Shown in pieces: positions 11,383 through 23,507 of a DNA stretch of 64,000 nucleotides. The notes under the pieces are model-generated. The model had not been told where the DNA came from, did no database searches, and worked only from the letters and a program-made list of their open reading frames with translations. The DNA comes from an uncultured Nitrososphaeraceae archaeon (GTDB lineage Archaea > Thermoproteota > Nitrososphaeria > Nitrososphaerales > Nitrososphaeraceae). A program made the translations under genes and the position numbers. Numbering within the stretch: the first letter of the stretch is position 1; the number at the start of each line of letters is the position of its first letter. Where the stretch lies: NCBI GenBank assembly GCA_963765895.1, contig CAVXZB010000047.1:1-64000 (forward strand). Direction: 5' to 3'.

Positions 11383-11398
11383 CCGCTCATATGAGCGG
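11383..11398. promoter_or_regulatory. perfect 16-bp palindrome CCGCTCATATGAGCGG
   Basis: Self-complementary, GC-rich within an AT-rich intergenic region. Confidence 0.45.
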
Positions 11399-11647
11399 AT
11401 ACAGTAATACTTCATAATTAAAGTAAATGAGACATCAAGTTCTTATCATATCCGCACAGTTTACTTCGTACCTATGCTCCATTTTATTGATAAGGAATTA
11501 AAAATTGATGTCATGAGATTAAGAACCAATGCATTTAATATTCATTCTTGCATATTCAGTACCAGTTTAATTATTTATTGCTGCATATTCACCTAGTCCA
11601 AAAGAACTAGGAACTCATGGTTTTCATCCAAGCTAGTAAGCAATTCA

Positions 11648-11875
11648 TTAATCAACATTGAGAAATTTTAGTGCATTTCTACCTTCGTCAGTCACACTTA
11701 CTATGTGATGTGCACCTTGCTTGTTCACAGTTATAAACTTCCATTCAAGCAATGGATCTATGAGATTCTTATTCGAGGCCACATATGCGGCCTGTTCAGT
11801 ATATTCATCCATATCTTGTATGTTGGAAATATGAATAATGTTATCCTTCAATGCTAAATCCTTCAACTCACGCTT
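11648..11875 (-). pseudogene. C-terminal winged-helix fragment of a DUF6293-like regulator
   Basis: LIDPLLEWKFITVNKQGAHHIVSVTDEGRNALKFL; no N-terminus. Confidence 0.55.
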
Positions 11876-12240
11876 GGAATGGAGCGGGTAACATATGTGG
11901 TTGATAGTATAATGAAGAATCCTTATTGGAATAGCACTGCAATAATACTTACATGGGATGATTATGGTGGTTTTTATGATCATGTTCCTCCACCACCAAT
12001 AGACAAATATGGTTTAGGGTTCAGGATGCCAGCTATTATAATATCTCCTTATGCTAAGCCTGAATTTATTGATCATAGCAGATACCAATTTGAATCAATG
12101 CTAAAAATTCATAGAATGGCGCTTTAATATACCATCATTAACTAACAGAGATACAAATGCGAACAACATTCTAGATGCATTTAGTTTCAGCCATAAACTT
12201 CAATCTCCACACATAATTCCACTTTACAAAAGGAGTTGAA
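11870..12240 (+). pseudogene. phospholipase C/phosphoesterase C-terminal fragment
   Basis: [30 protein letters not shown]; frameshift near 12105. Confidence 0.85.
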
Positions 12241-12602
12241 TGCTATAGCATCTTTCATAAATATTTATAGACATGCCTAATGACAATTCTTGTTCTTGTT
12301 CTTGAACGACAGAACAGTGTCGGTATTCTCTCGCTCAATTTTTGTTCAAATGTTGTGTATTCGTTGTTAGTCCATTATACTATATCTGGAATAAAGAGCA
12401 CTTTTCACTTCAAGAATGCCTTTTTACCTAGATATGTGGTTAGGTATAATTAATCGCGGAAAGAGTTCCTGAATTCTAATATAGGGCACGATTAAATCTT
12501 CTTTTAGTCATATGAAAATATCGCTATCTATAGATATATTAAATAATGAACTCGATAATGAAGTAAATTTCATAGATCCATATTCATGTAGATGAGGATA
12601 AT

Positions 12603-13505
12603 TTGTCAAGCGTTATGCAACTGATCTTATTTACTATCATGCTAATTGTTATGTTAACTACACCAAAAGTTGTTATTGGGGCAAAGATGGTTATTTTGAG
12701 TTTCGACGATAGCACTTTGGGTCATTATACAATGGCTAGACCAATCTTAGATAAATATGGTTTCAAAGGAACGTTCTTTACAGTCTGTAATTTTATTGGA
12801 ACATCTGGTCATATGAATTGGACCCAGATAAATACCCTGCAAAAAGAAGGCCATGATATTGAATCACATAGCATGAATCATACGCATTTGTCAAAATTAT
12901 CGGATACAGAATTGCAATATGAGATTGGTCAGTCTAAGAAATGTCTAGCTAAACACTGAATTAATTCAACCGTCTTTGCTTATCCATTTGCTGATGGTTC
13001 TGATAAGCAGAATTTAGTGAATATGGTTTCTAAATATTATAGCTTGGCTAGGGCAGGAGATGATCCAATTCAGTCATTAAAGTCAGTTAACAGATACTCC
13101 ATTCATGCATTGACTCAGTCAGGTCATAAAGATTCTGATAAGTTTAATAGATTTGTAGAAAATGTGAATAATGCAAATACAACCGCATTCGCAAGTATTA
13201 AATTTCATACATTTGTTAACAGTACAAATAGTAAAGGTAAGATTTCAACCAGCGCACAACTGTTCGAACAAGAGATGAAATATTTACATGATAATGGATT
13301 TAAGGTAATTAGAATGAGCGACTTAGGATTTAGTCCTGCAAATGATGTACTTTATGTGAAGACAGATCATAATGATGTTAGTATTAAATCTCCACAGAAT
13401 GAAAACTTCGATCAAGAATATAATAAATGGCATTACTTCAGTAGTACCAAGACCGACGCCACAGATTATTCCTTCCACAAGACGGCAATCATCGGCATAA
13501 GTTAG
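12603..13505 (+). pseudogene. polysaccharide deacetylase (NodB/CE4) with in-frame TGA
   Basis: LSFDD, ESHSMNH; TGA at 12957-12959 followed in frame by INSTVFAYPFADG and ORF 13017..13505. Confidence 0.85.
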
Positions 13506-13679
13506 ACATACCAGTTTTGGTATAAAATGAATTTATGCGAGCAATCTAAATGGCAGACTGTTAACTGTAAGTCTTCGAATAACCAAAAACAGTACACTGT
13601 AGACTAGAGCTTCGTGGTAATCATTCATAATAACAGAAGAGCGATACTGATGCAAATTTAGTATTTATTTATCCATCTA

Positions 13680-14669
13680 TCACAGTACCCTTTTGATTTG
13701 ATATGCAGGATGCAACTCAGCGTGCCCTCCTTCACGTATATCTATAACATATATTCCAGCAACCTGTACACGACTCCCTACTTTTGGCAACACATTCTTA
13801 AAGTTAGGACCCTCATACTTGGGATCTTTACATTGGTTTATCTTTACAGGATCTTTTGAACTATTCTTTCCCTGGCATACTACCTCAATGTGTAATGTGC
13901 CCTTTAACTTCTTATCGTTCATGTTAGCAGGAGTTAAAAGTGAATTATATTTATTATCAAGTTTAATGTTAAAGTTAGCATCACCATCAGAATTCATATA
14001 ATGAGTCCATGTTACCTTCCCAGTTACTGTGAGGCAATTTCCTACAATAAAGCGTGTTGTGCCCAAGTCTTTCATAAATGGATTAGGTACGAATTTTTCT
14101 AGGCTACCAGCAGGAGTACACTGATCACTTTTAAATGGTGAACTATCTGGTATGACAAGATTTGCTTTAAGTGCCTGAGCTTCTGAGACAGTCAAGGCTT
14201 GCTCGGCCTCATCTCCAGTGTCAATCTCTTGACCATCTCCTTCTTGAGCACCTGTCATATTTTCAGTGGAATTAGTATATTGTGATAATGAAGATGAAGG
14301 CAAGTAGATACTATTACCACCACTAGTATTTGTAACAGCATTGGAATTGGTTACGGTATCAGTATTATTGTTGAGATTATTATTAGATTCTTCAGCAGTG
14401 TTGTTACCTTGAGATACAGTTGGATTAGTTAATGTGATTATTGATCCGACAATCGGACTAGCAATAGATTCAAATACTTTTGTCGAATTTGTGAAGTTTC
14501 CATCATTGAGGTCCTCGTTGGCATAAACAACCGCATTGTCACCAGTAATATTTTGGCCATAAATCAAGTCAATATTAAAATGAAAATAGCTAACAGACAC
14601 GAGTATTATAGAAACTAGTAACATGGTACTAAGGCTAGATAATATTTGAATATGGTACTTTCTTTGCAT
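13680..14669 (-). CDS. secreted/membrane-anchored protein, N/T/S-rich linker plus C-terminal OB-fold-like domain
   Basis: Signal anchor; TVTGKV..DGD..FNIKLD..VQVAGIYVID..HAELHP. Confidence 0.7.
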   Translation of the reverse strand: MQRKYHIQILSSLSTMLLVSIILVSVSYFHFNIDLIYGQNITGDNAVVYANEDLNDGNFTNSTKVFESIASPIVGSIITLTNPTVSQGNNTAEESNNNLNNNTDTVTNSNAVTNTSGGNSIYLPSSSLSQYTNSTENMTGAQEGDGQEIDTGDEAEQALTVSEAQALKANLVIPDSSPFKSDQCTPAGSLEKFVPNPFMKDLGTTRFIVGNCLTVTGKVTWTHYMNSDGDANFNIKLDNKYNSLLTPANMNDKKLKGTLHIEVVCQGKNSSKDPVKINQCKDPKYEGPNFKNVLPKVGSRVQVAGIYVIDIREGGHAELHPAYQIKRVL

Positions 14670-14949
14670 CGATTCCTTTTTTTAAATGAAGGTTGCTATT
14701 ATTTATTCACACGCTAAGTTTTTTACTTTATTTTTTCAAGAACTAGCTAGACTAATAAGGTTCATCAATTATATCTGGTAACAATTAAATAAAGAACGAT
14801 TGCATCTCAAGAATTCATAAATATCCAATATGGTGTTGTGACATCCAATCTGTCTGGCATTATGCTAGATCGTTATAGTAATCCTTATTGGCAAAGATAG
14901 TTACAAAACACAAAAATAGCCAGAAATTCTAAAGAATGAACCAGCTCTA

Positions 14950-16315
14950 ATGCGAATATTTTTAGGTGCCTCAGAATCAAAAATATCGATACGGTTATCA
15001 TTAATGTTTTCATTCTTTGCTACAATTCTCATTATCACGTCCTTATTCTCGATGATATTATTGCCCCCCTACCTATTTTTATGCTAATGCAGCTTATACT
15101 AAAGCTATACCTGCAGCTGCTGGACCTACAATTAATGATCCAAGTCTGAAAGCAGAGGTTATCTTTAAAGGACTTAAAATACCAACAAGTATGGCATTTC
15201 TAGGTCCCAATGATATTTTGGTCCTAGAGAAAAATTCAGGAAATGTACTTAGAATTGTGGACGGTAGTCTTATAAAAAAACCACTTTTGCATGTAAATGT
15301 ACCGACCCAATTCCTAGAATGGGGTCTACTTGGGATTGCAATTTCAAAACGCAATCTTGCTGGTGAAGAGAGCAGTCAAGGGCATACCTACGTTTTTCTC
15401 TATTACACTAAATCCACCACAAATCCACGAGTCTCAGCGGGTAATCATCTTTACAGATATGAATTAGTAAATGACCAATTAGTAAATCCAGTAGATTTGT
15501 TAAACCTACCTTCTAATGCACCTGACCCTCTTGTGGAAAGTAATCATAACGGTGGCAAAGTGCTAATAGGGCCTGATAATAACGTGTATACTATCATAGG
15601 CGATGTAGGAAGTCATGATGGTCAGGCTCAGAATAACAAGGTTGGTAAAAAACTAGATGGAACAAGTGGTATATTAAGGATCACAAAAGATGGCCAACCT
15701 GTAGCACCAGACCCACTAGGCCAAGAGGATCCTACAAGAGTATATTATGCATATGGCATCAGAAATAGCTTCGGTATGGATTTTGATCCTGTTACCGGTA
15801 ATTTATGGGATACTGAAAATGGACCTACTTATGGTGATGAGATTAACTTGGTGAAACCAGGATTTAACAGCGGTTGGAACCAGATAATGGGTGTTTGGCA
15901 CACAAATGGTCCGTTGCAAGGGCCAGTTGTGGAAAGTCCTGCTAAGGATTTGATAAATTTTGGTGGCAAGGGAATATACAGAGCTCCTGAATTTGTCTGG
16001 AATCAGACTGTAGGCCCATCAGCATTAAAATTCTTAAATTCGGCCAAATTTGGAAAACAATATCAAAATACGATGTTTGTTGGTGATGTGAATACTGGCA
16101 ATTTATACAACATTAAGTTAAACGAGGATAGAACAAGTCTCTTGCTTAGTGGCCCGCTTGAGGGTAAAGTAGCAAATAGCCTGGATGATCTTAAACCGGT
16201 AATATTTGGGCATGGATTTGGTGCGATTACTGATATAGAGGTCGGACCAGATGGATTTCTATACGTTCTCACATTTGATGGTACAATATATCTGATCGTA
16301 CATGCATCACGTTGA
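14950..16315 (+). CDS. PQQ-dependent aldose sugar dehydrogenase (GSDH family); signal region frameshifted in a C6 tract
   Basis: GLLGIA, HNGG, AYGIRNSFG, ENGP..GDEIN; upstream hydrophobic leader joins by removing one C at 15064-15069. Confidence 0.88.
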
Positions 16316-16389
16316 CAAGAGATGAGTTGCAAGTTGATTATTTCTTATATACATATAATTTGTAATTTGATCATAACGCAGATCTGACA

Positions 16390-16753
16390 TTGGTGTTGCC
16401 TTTAGAAAGATCTCCTTTACCATGTTAGGAAATTTTCTAGCTGTTACATGTTCACCAAACATTCTTTTAATAGATGAAAAGGCAGTTTCTGCCATCCATC
16501 TGTACCCATAATTCACTCTGCGCTTCCATCTTTTGAGGTTTGCATGTTGTCTCATTACAGACATATTCCTAGCATGACAGTTAGTCGGTCTAACCTTGGA
16601 ATTACTTCTTGTCTTTATACCAGGCTTAATGTGGTTCTTTGATAGGTATCTAAAATTGTTATTGCTGTCGTACATACCATCTGCTAATATGCCTTTTACA
16701 TGATTACCTCCAGCAGAAGAAGAAGAAGCATTGTCTACCAACTTACTTAACAT
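16390..16753 (-). mobile_element. IS5-family transposase C-terminal remnant
   Basis: LADGMYDS, YGYRWMAETAFSSIKRMFG (YREK-type motif). Confidence 0.85.
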
Positions 16754-16980
16754 GTTACATCCTTCAAAAGTACATAGCGTATAATTGATATAAATAAAGA
16801 AAAATCTTACCTGGGGAGAGCCTTTCTAAATACCTATCAGGCGGTTCCATAAATTTGCCTATTGATCTAATCGTACCTCCTTGAGAGCTATTTATAATAT
16901 TGATTACTATTTTCCTATTTTCTAATATGTATGCATACAAGAAAAATTTCATTACCCTCAAGTGCTTTATAGGTTAGATG

Positions 16981-17178
16981 TTAAGTATCATCATCTGATA
17001 GGCCAATCCTATCACCGTTGGTATTGCCATCTGACGTTAAGATTAGATATTTCCTTAGTAATAACTCGAGCATTTCTGACGATGATACACCGTTAGACTT
17101 GGACACTTGTTCTAACCTTTCATAAAGTCTCAAAGGTATATTTACATGGACGCCGATATCAACTGATCTTGCAGTCAT
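16981..17178 (-). CDS. ribbon-helix-helix (CopG-like) protein
   Basis: VHVNIPLRLYERLEQVSKSNGVSSSEMLELLLRKYL. Confidence 0.7.
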   Translation of the reverse strand: MTARSVDIGVHVNIPLRLYERLEQVSKSNGVSSSEMLELLLRKYLILTSDGNTNGDRIGLSDDDT

Positions 17179-17289
17179 AATACTATATTCTGGGAAACTG
17201 TGTGATCCTGAAACAAAAACTTTCCATACCTTATTTCTCTAACTTCCTGATGGTTATTGCATCTGAAATTATTCTTTTATTGAAATACG

Positions 17290-17926
17290 AGACTTCTAGA
17301 GGCAGAAGGTAAAACAGTAACTACTGTCTATTTTGAAAACAAGTTAGTTGGTTTGATAGCAGTAACAGATACATTAAGAGAGAATACAAAATACCTAATT
17401 GATGAAATTAATACGCACAGGGATATAATACTTATGACTGGTGATAACCAAAGAACTGCTAATGCAATTGTCAAGAAATTAGGTATAAGTAATGTTTTAG
17501 CTCATGTCTTACCAGAAACAAAGGCAGAAGAAATCAAAGCTCCAAAGTCAAGGCAAGGTAGTTGCGATGATAGGTGATGGAATAAACGATGCACCTGCGT
17601 TGACACAATCTGATATAGGAATTGCTATGGGTTCTGGTACCGATGTTGTAGTGTCATCAGGGCACATAATACTTATGAAAAGTGGTTTACATTATGTTCG
17701 TTATTCATTGAAAATAGTTGAGTATTCATTAAAGAAAATAAAACAGAATCTAGCTATGTCATTTATTTATAATGTCATAACAATACCAATAGCTGCAGGT
17801 ATATTGTATGGCATCACAAATTCTCTAATACTTACGCCGACTTTAGCAGCACTTATGGGTAATAAGTGATTCTGCTGTGTTTGAAATTCGCTGTTAATAA
17901 GGAAATTTAATCCATTTCAAAGTTAA
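17290..17926 (+). pseudogene. P1B-type heavy-metal (CopA-like) ATPase C-terminal fragment
   Basis: [17 protein letters not shown] in TM helix; frameshifts; N-terminal part absent. Confidence 0.88.
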
Positions 17927-18223
17927 ACACCCTGAATCTCCAATTATTAATATGAATTCCTTGAACCGCTGAATCAAGCTATATCCTCTTGTTTTATGTA
18001 ATATCTACCCTTTGGTTGACCTATTATTATTTTTAATATTTAGTACCACATTTCCTGATCTCTTTTTATGCACGTAGATACTTTCAATTCCCTAATGGTT
18101 CGATTCGTACCACATTTTCTTCAAGTAGTGGTATTGTAGATAATGTACAAATGACTATAACATATTGATACTCTTCATATTGTTTCCTCAAAATGCATAA
18201 ACATAACCTCTACGAACATAATA

Positions 18224-18360
18224 TTGCATACAACAGTCTTGGTAACGCATAAGTTCAAAATTGAAGAAAGGCGCAGAAACGTTGTAACTCTATTAGCCCA
18301 GTCAATGACAGAAACTGAAATAGCGAAGGAATTGGAAGTAGACCAATCAACTATCAATGG
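18224..18360 (+). pseudogene. HTH protein fragment, copy 1
   Basis: IEERRRNVVTLLAQSMTETEIAKELEVDQSTI, then homology stops. Confidence 0.7.
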
Positions 18361-18482
18361 AACGAACGTGGTTTATAATAGGAAAAGATCTATTATCATT
18401 TTAGTAAAAAGCGTTTATTATTTTTATACATCGGTGTATAGAAGTCCTTAACATAGGAGCAAGACGTAAAAATCTTATCTAC

Positions 18483-18608
18483 ATGTTAAAACAGAAAATC
18501 CGAGATATATTAGAATTCCGTCTAAAGACAACAGAAATTGCCATAGGACTTGCAATTTCTCTGGCTATTGGAGCAACATTAGGACTTGGGATACACATAC
18601 ACATCTAA
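18483..18608 (+). CDS. 41-aa single-TM peptide
   Basis: MLKQKIRDILEFRLKTTEIAIGLAISLAIGATLGLGIHIHI. Confidence 0.4.
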   Translation: MLKQKIRDILEFRLKTTEIAIGLAISLAIGATLGLGIHIHI

Positions 18609-18895
18609 TATTTGCTGGTGACAGTTATGTTACTTGTCACGAGCAATAATGGAACCTAGGTTGACAAACCATCTATTTTTTGGGCTGGTCGAATGCAGCC
18701 GGCTTCTCTTTATATACAGAACTGCTAACATAGACACGTGATTCAGTTCCAATACCCTTTGGATATACTACCGATGCTACTACCACCATCTCATCATATC
18801 GGGCTACAATTATCTCATATTATTAATTCATGAGTATTTGGAAATGCATATAGCTAAACTTTAAGAGCAGATTAATGCATTATTTGAGATAAGAG

Positions 18896-19136
18896 TTGCA
18901 TAAATACGAGAATCGAAGAAAGAAGACTGAAAGTTGCAACACTATTAGCACAATCAATGACTGAAACTGAGATAGCAATTGAACTTAAGGTGGACCAATC
19001 TACTATTAGCAGAGATATCAAAGTGCTAAAAAGGGTATCACAGCGGTTCGTATTTGATTTAGCAAAGTCTGACCTAGCTTATTATTACAAACAGTGCATT
19101 GATGGAATAGAAGAAGTTAGAAGGAAGCGCATATAA
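18896..19136 (+). pseudogene. HTH plus helical protein fragment, copy 2
   Basis: IEERRLKVATLLAQSMTETEIAIELKVDQSTISRDIKVLKRVSQRFVFDLAKSDLAYYYKQCIDGIEEVRRK; not in ORF track. Confidence 0.75.
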
Positions 19137-19192
19137 TAGAACGTGAAATAAAAGATATTGATGATGAGACAAGGAAATGGTATTCTGATTAC

Positions 19193-19732
19193 GTGGACTT
19201 AATGGAACATAAAAGAAATCCAAATTATGGTAAGTCAAAGTGTTTTCGTTGCTTACCAAGTCCTGATAGAGATGATCCAATATTCATTGGCATCAATAGA
19301 CTAGTTGTTAAAGGATTGGAAGATATTAAAGCTGATAAAATGAACAATCCTATACATTATCCCTGTCATATAGAAAATAGATTTGAATGCCCTTACGAGA
19401 AAGGAGAAGGATCGGACACGAGGTTTAACGTTGAATATCTATTTGAATTGGCGAGGATGGCTTTCGCTTTGGAAATTGCTCTTGCAGTAGCCAGAAAAGA
19501 TTCATCTGCTATTCAAATAAAAAATAAACAAGATCTTTATCGAGCACTGACGAATCGAGAAATGTTAGATATGATACTGGAACAGGGACTTGATTACGTA
19601 TTATCTGATAAAGAGACCTTTGATGATACTTCTAGATTCAAACAGTTACAGAAAGGTAATAGAAATAAAATTGTGGATTATTTTATGAATATTAAAGACA
19701 AAGTAAAGCTGGAAGAGTTAAGATTTTATTAA
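19193..19732 (+). CDS. hypothetical protein with Cys/His cluster
   Basis: CFRC..YPCH..FECP; 179-aa ORF. Confidence 0.65.
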   Translation: MDLMEHKRNPNYGKSKCFRCLPSPDRDDPIFIGINRLVVKGLEDIKADKMNNPIHYPCHIENRFECPYEKGEGSDTRFNVEYLFELARMAFALEIALAVARKDSSAIQIKNKQDLYRALTNREMLDMILEQGLDYVLSDKETFDDTSRFKQLQKGNRNKIVDYFMNIKDKVKLEELRFY

Positions 19733-19820
19733 TAATCAATAAGCTTGCTCCCATCAAGTAACTATGATTATTATTTATACCTATTTGCTTATATAATTTG
19801 AAAACACAATTTAATATAGG

Positions 19821-20346
19821 ATGAATAATAATAACCGTCTCTTCATAATGCTCTTAATTCAAACAGTATCCTTTTCTTTAATAGCTTCAAGTATTGTTAT
19901 TGGCAATACTGCATTTGTCTATGCTAAGGAAAGATCCTCAGAGAAGTCTTCAGGTGCAGATTCAAGTAATAATAACAATAAGCCATCATCTCAATTATCA
20001 GCAACACCGTCTCACGTTTGTAACAGTAGCCAGAATAACCCTGCTTGTCAAGAACCGCAACAATTACAGGTAAAGCAACAACCAGACCAACAACAGGCAG
20101 CTAAACCTGATGATAGCTGTCTATTTCATCCAGAACAAATGAAGTGTAAACCAGATCCAATAACTGGCAAATGTCAGTCAGGATTTTCTATGAATGTAAA
20201 TCAACATTGCTATCCTGATAAGCCATGTCCAAACGGATTTGAAAGCATGACGAAGACGAAACTGGAGCTTGTTATCCAATATACAAGCCGATATCTAACC
20301 AATATGTAGGCATCAAAATAAGACACAAACTGAAAATGCTCACATA
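19821..20346 (+). CDS. secreted Cys-rich protein, frameshift near 20245
   Basis: Signal peptide ending VYA; Cys-rich region; alternative frame continues HDEDETGACYP. Confidence 0.65.
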
Positions 20347-20411
20347 ACTACTGATAATCCAGCAATAGAATTTGTAAAATGATTATATAAAACGAAAATC
20401 ATCTTGAATGG

Positions 20412-21413
20412 ATGAAGGCTGCCATTTTCGGAATACCTGGATTAGAAAATCTAAAGATAAAACAAGACATAGAAGAACCAAAAATAACAGATCATGATGT
20501 GCTTGTAAAAGTTAAGATGGCTGGTATAAATCCAATAGATCATTTTGCAATATCTGGTGCACGAGAGATTAAGCCAATACCACACATACCAGGAGCTGAA
20601 ATAGCAGGAGAGGTAGAAAAGATTGGAAAACATGTAACAAGCTTGACACAAGGTGATAGAGTTGTAGTTTACGCCAGAGTATTTGATGGCGTATGCGATA
20701 TGTGTCTTAATGGATACGAAATGTTATGCAGAAATGGTGGTATAATTGGTGTTATGACCAATGGAGGGTTTGCAGAATATGTTGCTGTTGAAGAGAAAAA
20801 TGTGTTTAAAATACCAAACGGCGTAGGATGGGAATTAGCAGCAAGTCTGCCTGTAACCACCATAACACCATATCACGCATTAAAAGAAGCAGCTCTTAAA
20901 GTAAATGAATACTTGCTTGTATTTGGTGCTTCTGGAAACACAGGAATAATGGCCATTCAGTTTGCTAATAGAATGGGAGCAAAGGTCATAGCTGTTTCTA
21001 AGGACGACTGGGTAAAGGATTTTGGTGCTGATTATATTATCAATGAATATGACAAAGTAATAGAAGAAGTAAAAAAGATTACTGATGGAAAGATGGCTGA
21101 TGTAGTTCTAAATTCGTTGGGAATTGGGACATGGGAGAGTAGCTTTGAATCTGTTGGTGCGAATGGAAGGTTGGTGACATTTGGAGGACTAACGGGTGCA
21201 GATGTTAAGTTAAACGTTCAATCATTATATTCAAGACAAGTCAAGTTGATAGGATCTACTGGCGGAACTAGAAGTGATTTCAGGGAAGTCATAGACATGT
21301 CTAAAGAGCTGAAGATCAGAGTATGGAAAAAGTTCAAGCTAGATGAAACAAAAGAGGCATTGCAGGCATTATTTGCTAAAGAAAGAGATGGTAGAATTAT
21401 GTTAGAAATCTGA
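20412..21413 (+). CDS. zinc-binding alcohol dehydrogenase/MDR family oxidoreductase
   Basis: GINPID, IPGAEIAG, CDMC..C, GASGNTG. Confidence 0.93.
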   Translation: MKAAIFGIPGLENLKIKQDIEEPKITDHDVLVKVKMAGINPIDHFAISGAREIKPIPHIPGAEIAGEVEKIGKHVTSLTQGDRVVVYARVFDGVCDMCLNGYEMLCRNGGIIGVMTNGGFAEYVAVEEKNVFKIPNGVGWELAASLPVTTITPYHALKEAALKVNEYLLVFGASGNTGIMAIQFANRMGAKVIAVSKDDWVKDFGADYIINEYDKVIEEVKKITDGKMADVVLNSLGIGTWESSFESVGANGRLVTFGGLTGADVKLNVQSLYSRQVKLIGSTGGTRSDFREVIDMSKELKIRVWKKFKLDETKEALQALFAKERDGRIMLEI

Positions 21414-21514
21414 AACTAGTAAACTTTCGTATGTATAAACCGAAGTTGCTAGATGCATAGTGATATAGATTTCTACTGTTACTGTTTGACTACTTCATCC
21501 CTAAACTCCATTTT

Positions 21515-22000
21515 AGAAGTCCGATAGACTAGTTTGTTTTTGGTTACCAGATGCTCTTTCAGTTTGCGGCACTTTAATATCATTCCATGTCACTTCGGAC
21601 AAATAACATTTTCCTGAATGTGTTAGCAGTTCCTGGACCAAATCCAGCATAATGATTGTTCGCTGCTATAATTGCTAGGTTTAGTCTATCTCTTTGTTCC
21701 TCATCTCTTGCTCTCTTAAGAAATCTAGCCCATTTTTCTTCATTACCAAGACCCTATCTTTTTGTATCTTTCCAAAATCTTTTTCTTGTATAGTCCTATC
21801 TCCAATGAATCTTAAGTAGAGAAAGTCTGTAACTATTGAAGGAGACTTTATACCAGCAAGTTGACTTCAGATCATACCATACATATATTGTTATTTGCAA
21901 AAAACTATAAGCCAAATCCTGAAACCATGAGCTGTCCCTATCCTCTAGGGCGTATCTAAATCTCTTATCTAAATTCAGGTATGATATCTCAAACGATTCA
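21515..22000 (-). pseudogene. degenerate DUF72 family gene
   Basis: Manual reading: DFLYLRFIGDR, ANNHYAGFGPGTANTFRKML; several frameshifts. Confidence 0.8.
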
Positions 22001-22744
22001 TGCCTTCAACTATACCGATAGAGCATGGTAACTGTATTAATAATGCTAAAATCCTGTAGTAATCCTTAAATTCAACTATTTACAATTCTGAATGTGCTTA
22101 CTTTCGCATACTTTCCTTGAACTTTCATTACTGAGGAGATACGAATGTAGCATATGCTATTACTATTGTTCCGATAAATTTTGACTTTGTTTTGCTGTGT
22201 TACCTTCGTTCCTTATTTCATTGTGAGTTGTAAGAGTATGGCGTAACAGAAGTGACGAATAAAAATGGAAAAAAATAAAAAAAGGGAAAAAGAAAAGGAA
22301 AAAGAAAGAATAAAGATTGTAAAGTCTCCAGCAAGAGAATTCACATTTGTGGCAGACATTTATACTCCAAATAGCTTCATCAATAACACTACTACTCAAG
22401 ATTGGGATGAGAAAAATAGTAAAGACACTAGAAAATTAAATGATATTAGAACTAGACATAAAATAGAATCTACACGTGATTTTCAATATAAATCAAAAGG
22501 AAGAAATATACGATCAAAACAAGGTCATTCCCCAGTTTATGAATGATATCAACGTCGTATCATTTCATAATGAAATCGTTGCGGCAGCCAATATGGTATT
22601 GCAAGATTTGATATTAACCAAAACTGCTTAGTTTTGGATAAAGATTGCGAAGTTTTTATACTTATCAATGGGGATTTAGTAAATTACAAAATATGTTGGG
22701 AGGTTGTCCTCTAGTTTACGACCAAACTACCCATGGTGACCTAA

Positions 22745-23371
22745 ATGAGTGAAGTCTGGAATAAAGTTTACAAATCAGACAATAGTTTCTTTGGAGATGA
22801 ACCCAGCGAGTTCGCTTTGCTTTCTTTTAACTATATGAAAGCTAACAATGCTACGACAGTATTGGAACTAGGCTCTGGTCATGGTAGAGATACAGTATTT
22901 TTTGCATTAAATGGAATTGATGTATATGCCTTAGACTATTCTTCAGTTGCCATCGATATGTTAGATAAGATAGCAAAGAAAAAAAGACTGCCAATAAAAT
23001 CACAAACCTTTGATGTCGAGAGCTCACCACTCCCATTTTCACATGGTTACTTTGATGCTGTGTATTCACACGTGCTTTTTAATATGCGCTTTTCAGAAGA
23101 CCAGCTTCATTTTATATTTTCAGAAATAAAAAAAGTCCTGAAACCAAAAGGCTTGAACTTCTTTTCTGTTAGAAACCATCATGACAAATCCTACGGTAAA
23201 GGTAAAGAGGTAGATAAAGGAATTTATGATATAGATGGCTTTCAAATTCGATTCTTTACAGAATAGGAAATACATGATTTGGTGTCAGCAGAGGGTTTTG
23301 AGATACTCTGGATAAAAGAAGAATACGAAGAACCAGTTACAGTCTATCTTGTGTCCAGCAGAAGAAAATGA
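22745..23371 (+). pseudogene. class I SAM-dependent methyltransferase with in-frame TAG
   Basis: VLELGSGHGRD; TAG at 23264 followed in frame by EIHDLVSAEGFEILWIKEEYEEPVTVYLVSSRRK. Confidence 0.85.
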
Positions 23372-23507
23372 AGAGTATGGTTAAGCTTATTGTAAGCTCA
23401 CGGCCGTTGACATTGTTGTTCTTGATTATATAACACTATGGTGTAGAATCTTAAGGAGACTCTCAACAAGATTAACAGCAGAGTTAGATTAGTAGTATAG
23501 AAGGGTA

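Noticed and set aside
22265-22546. 93-aa K/E-rich ORF
   Set aside because: Arises from an A-rich low-complexity tract; no motif.
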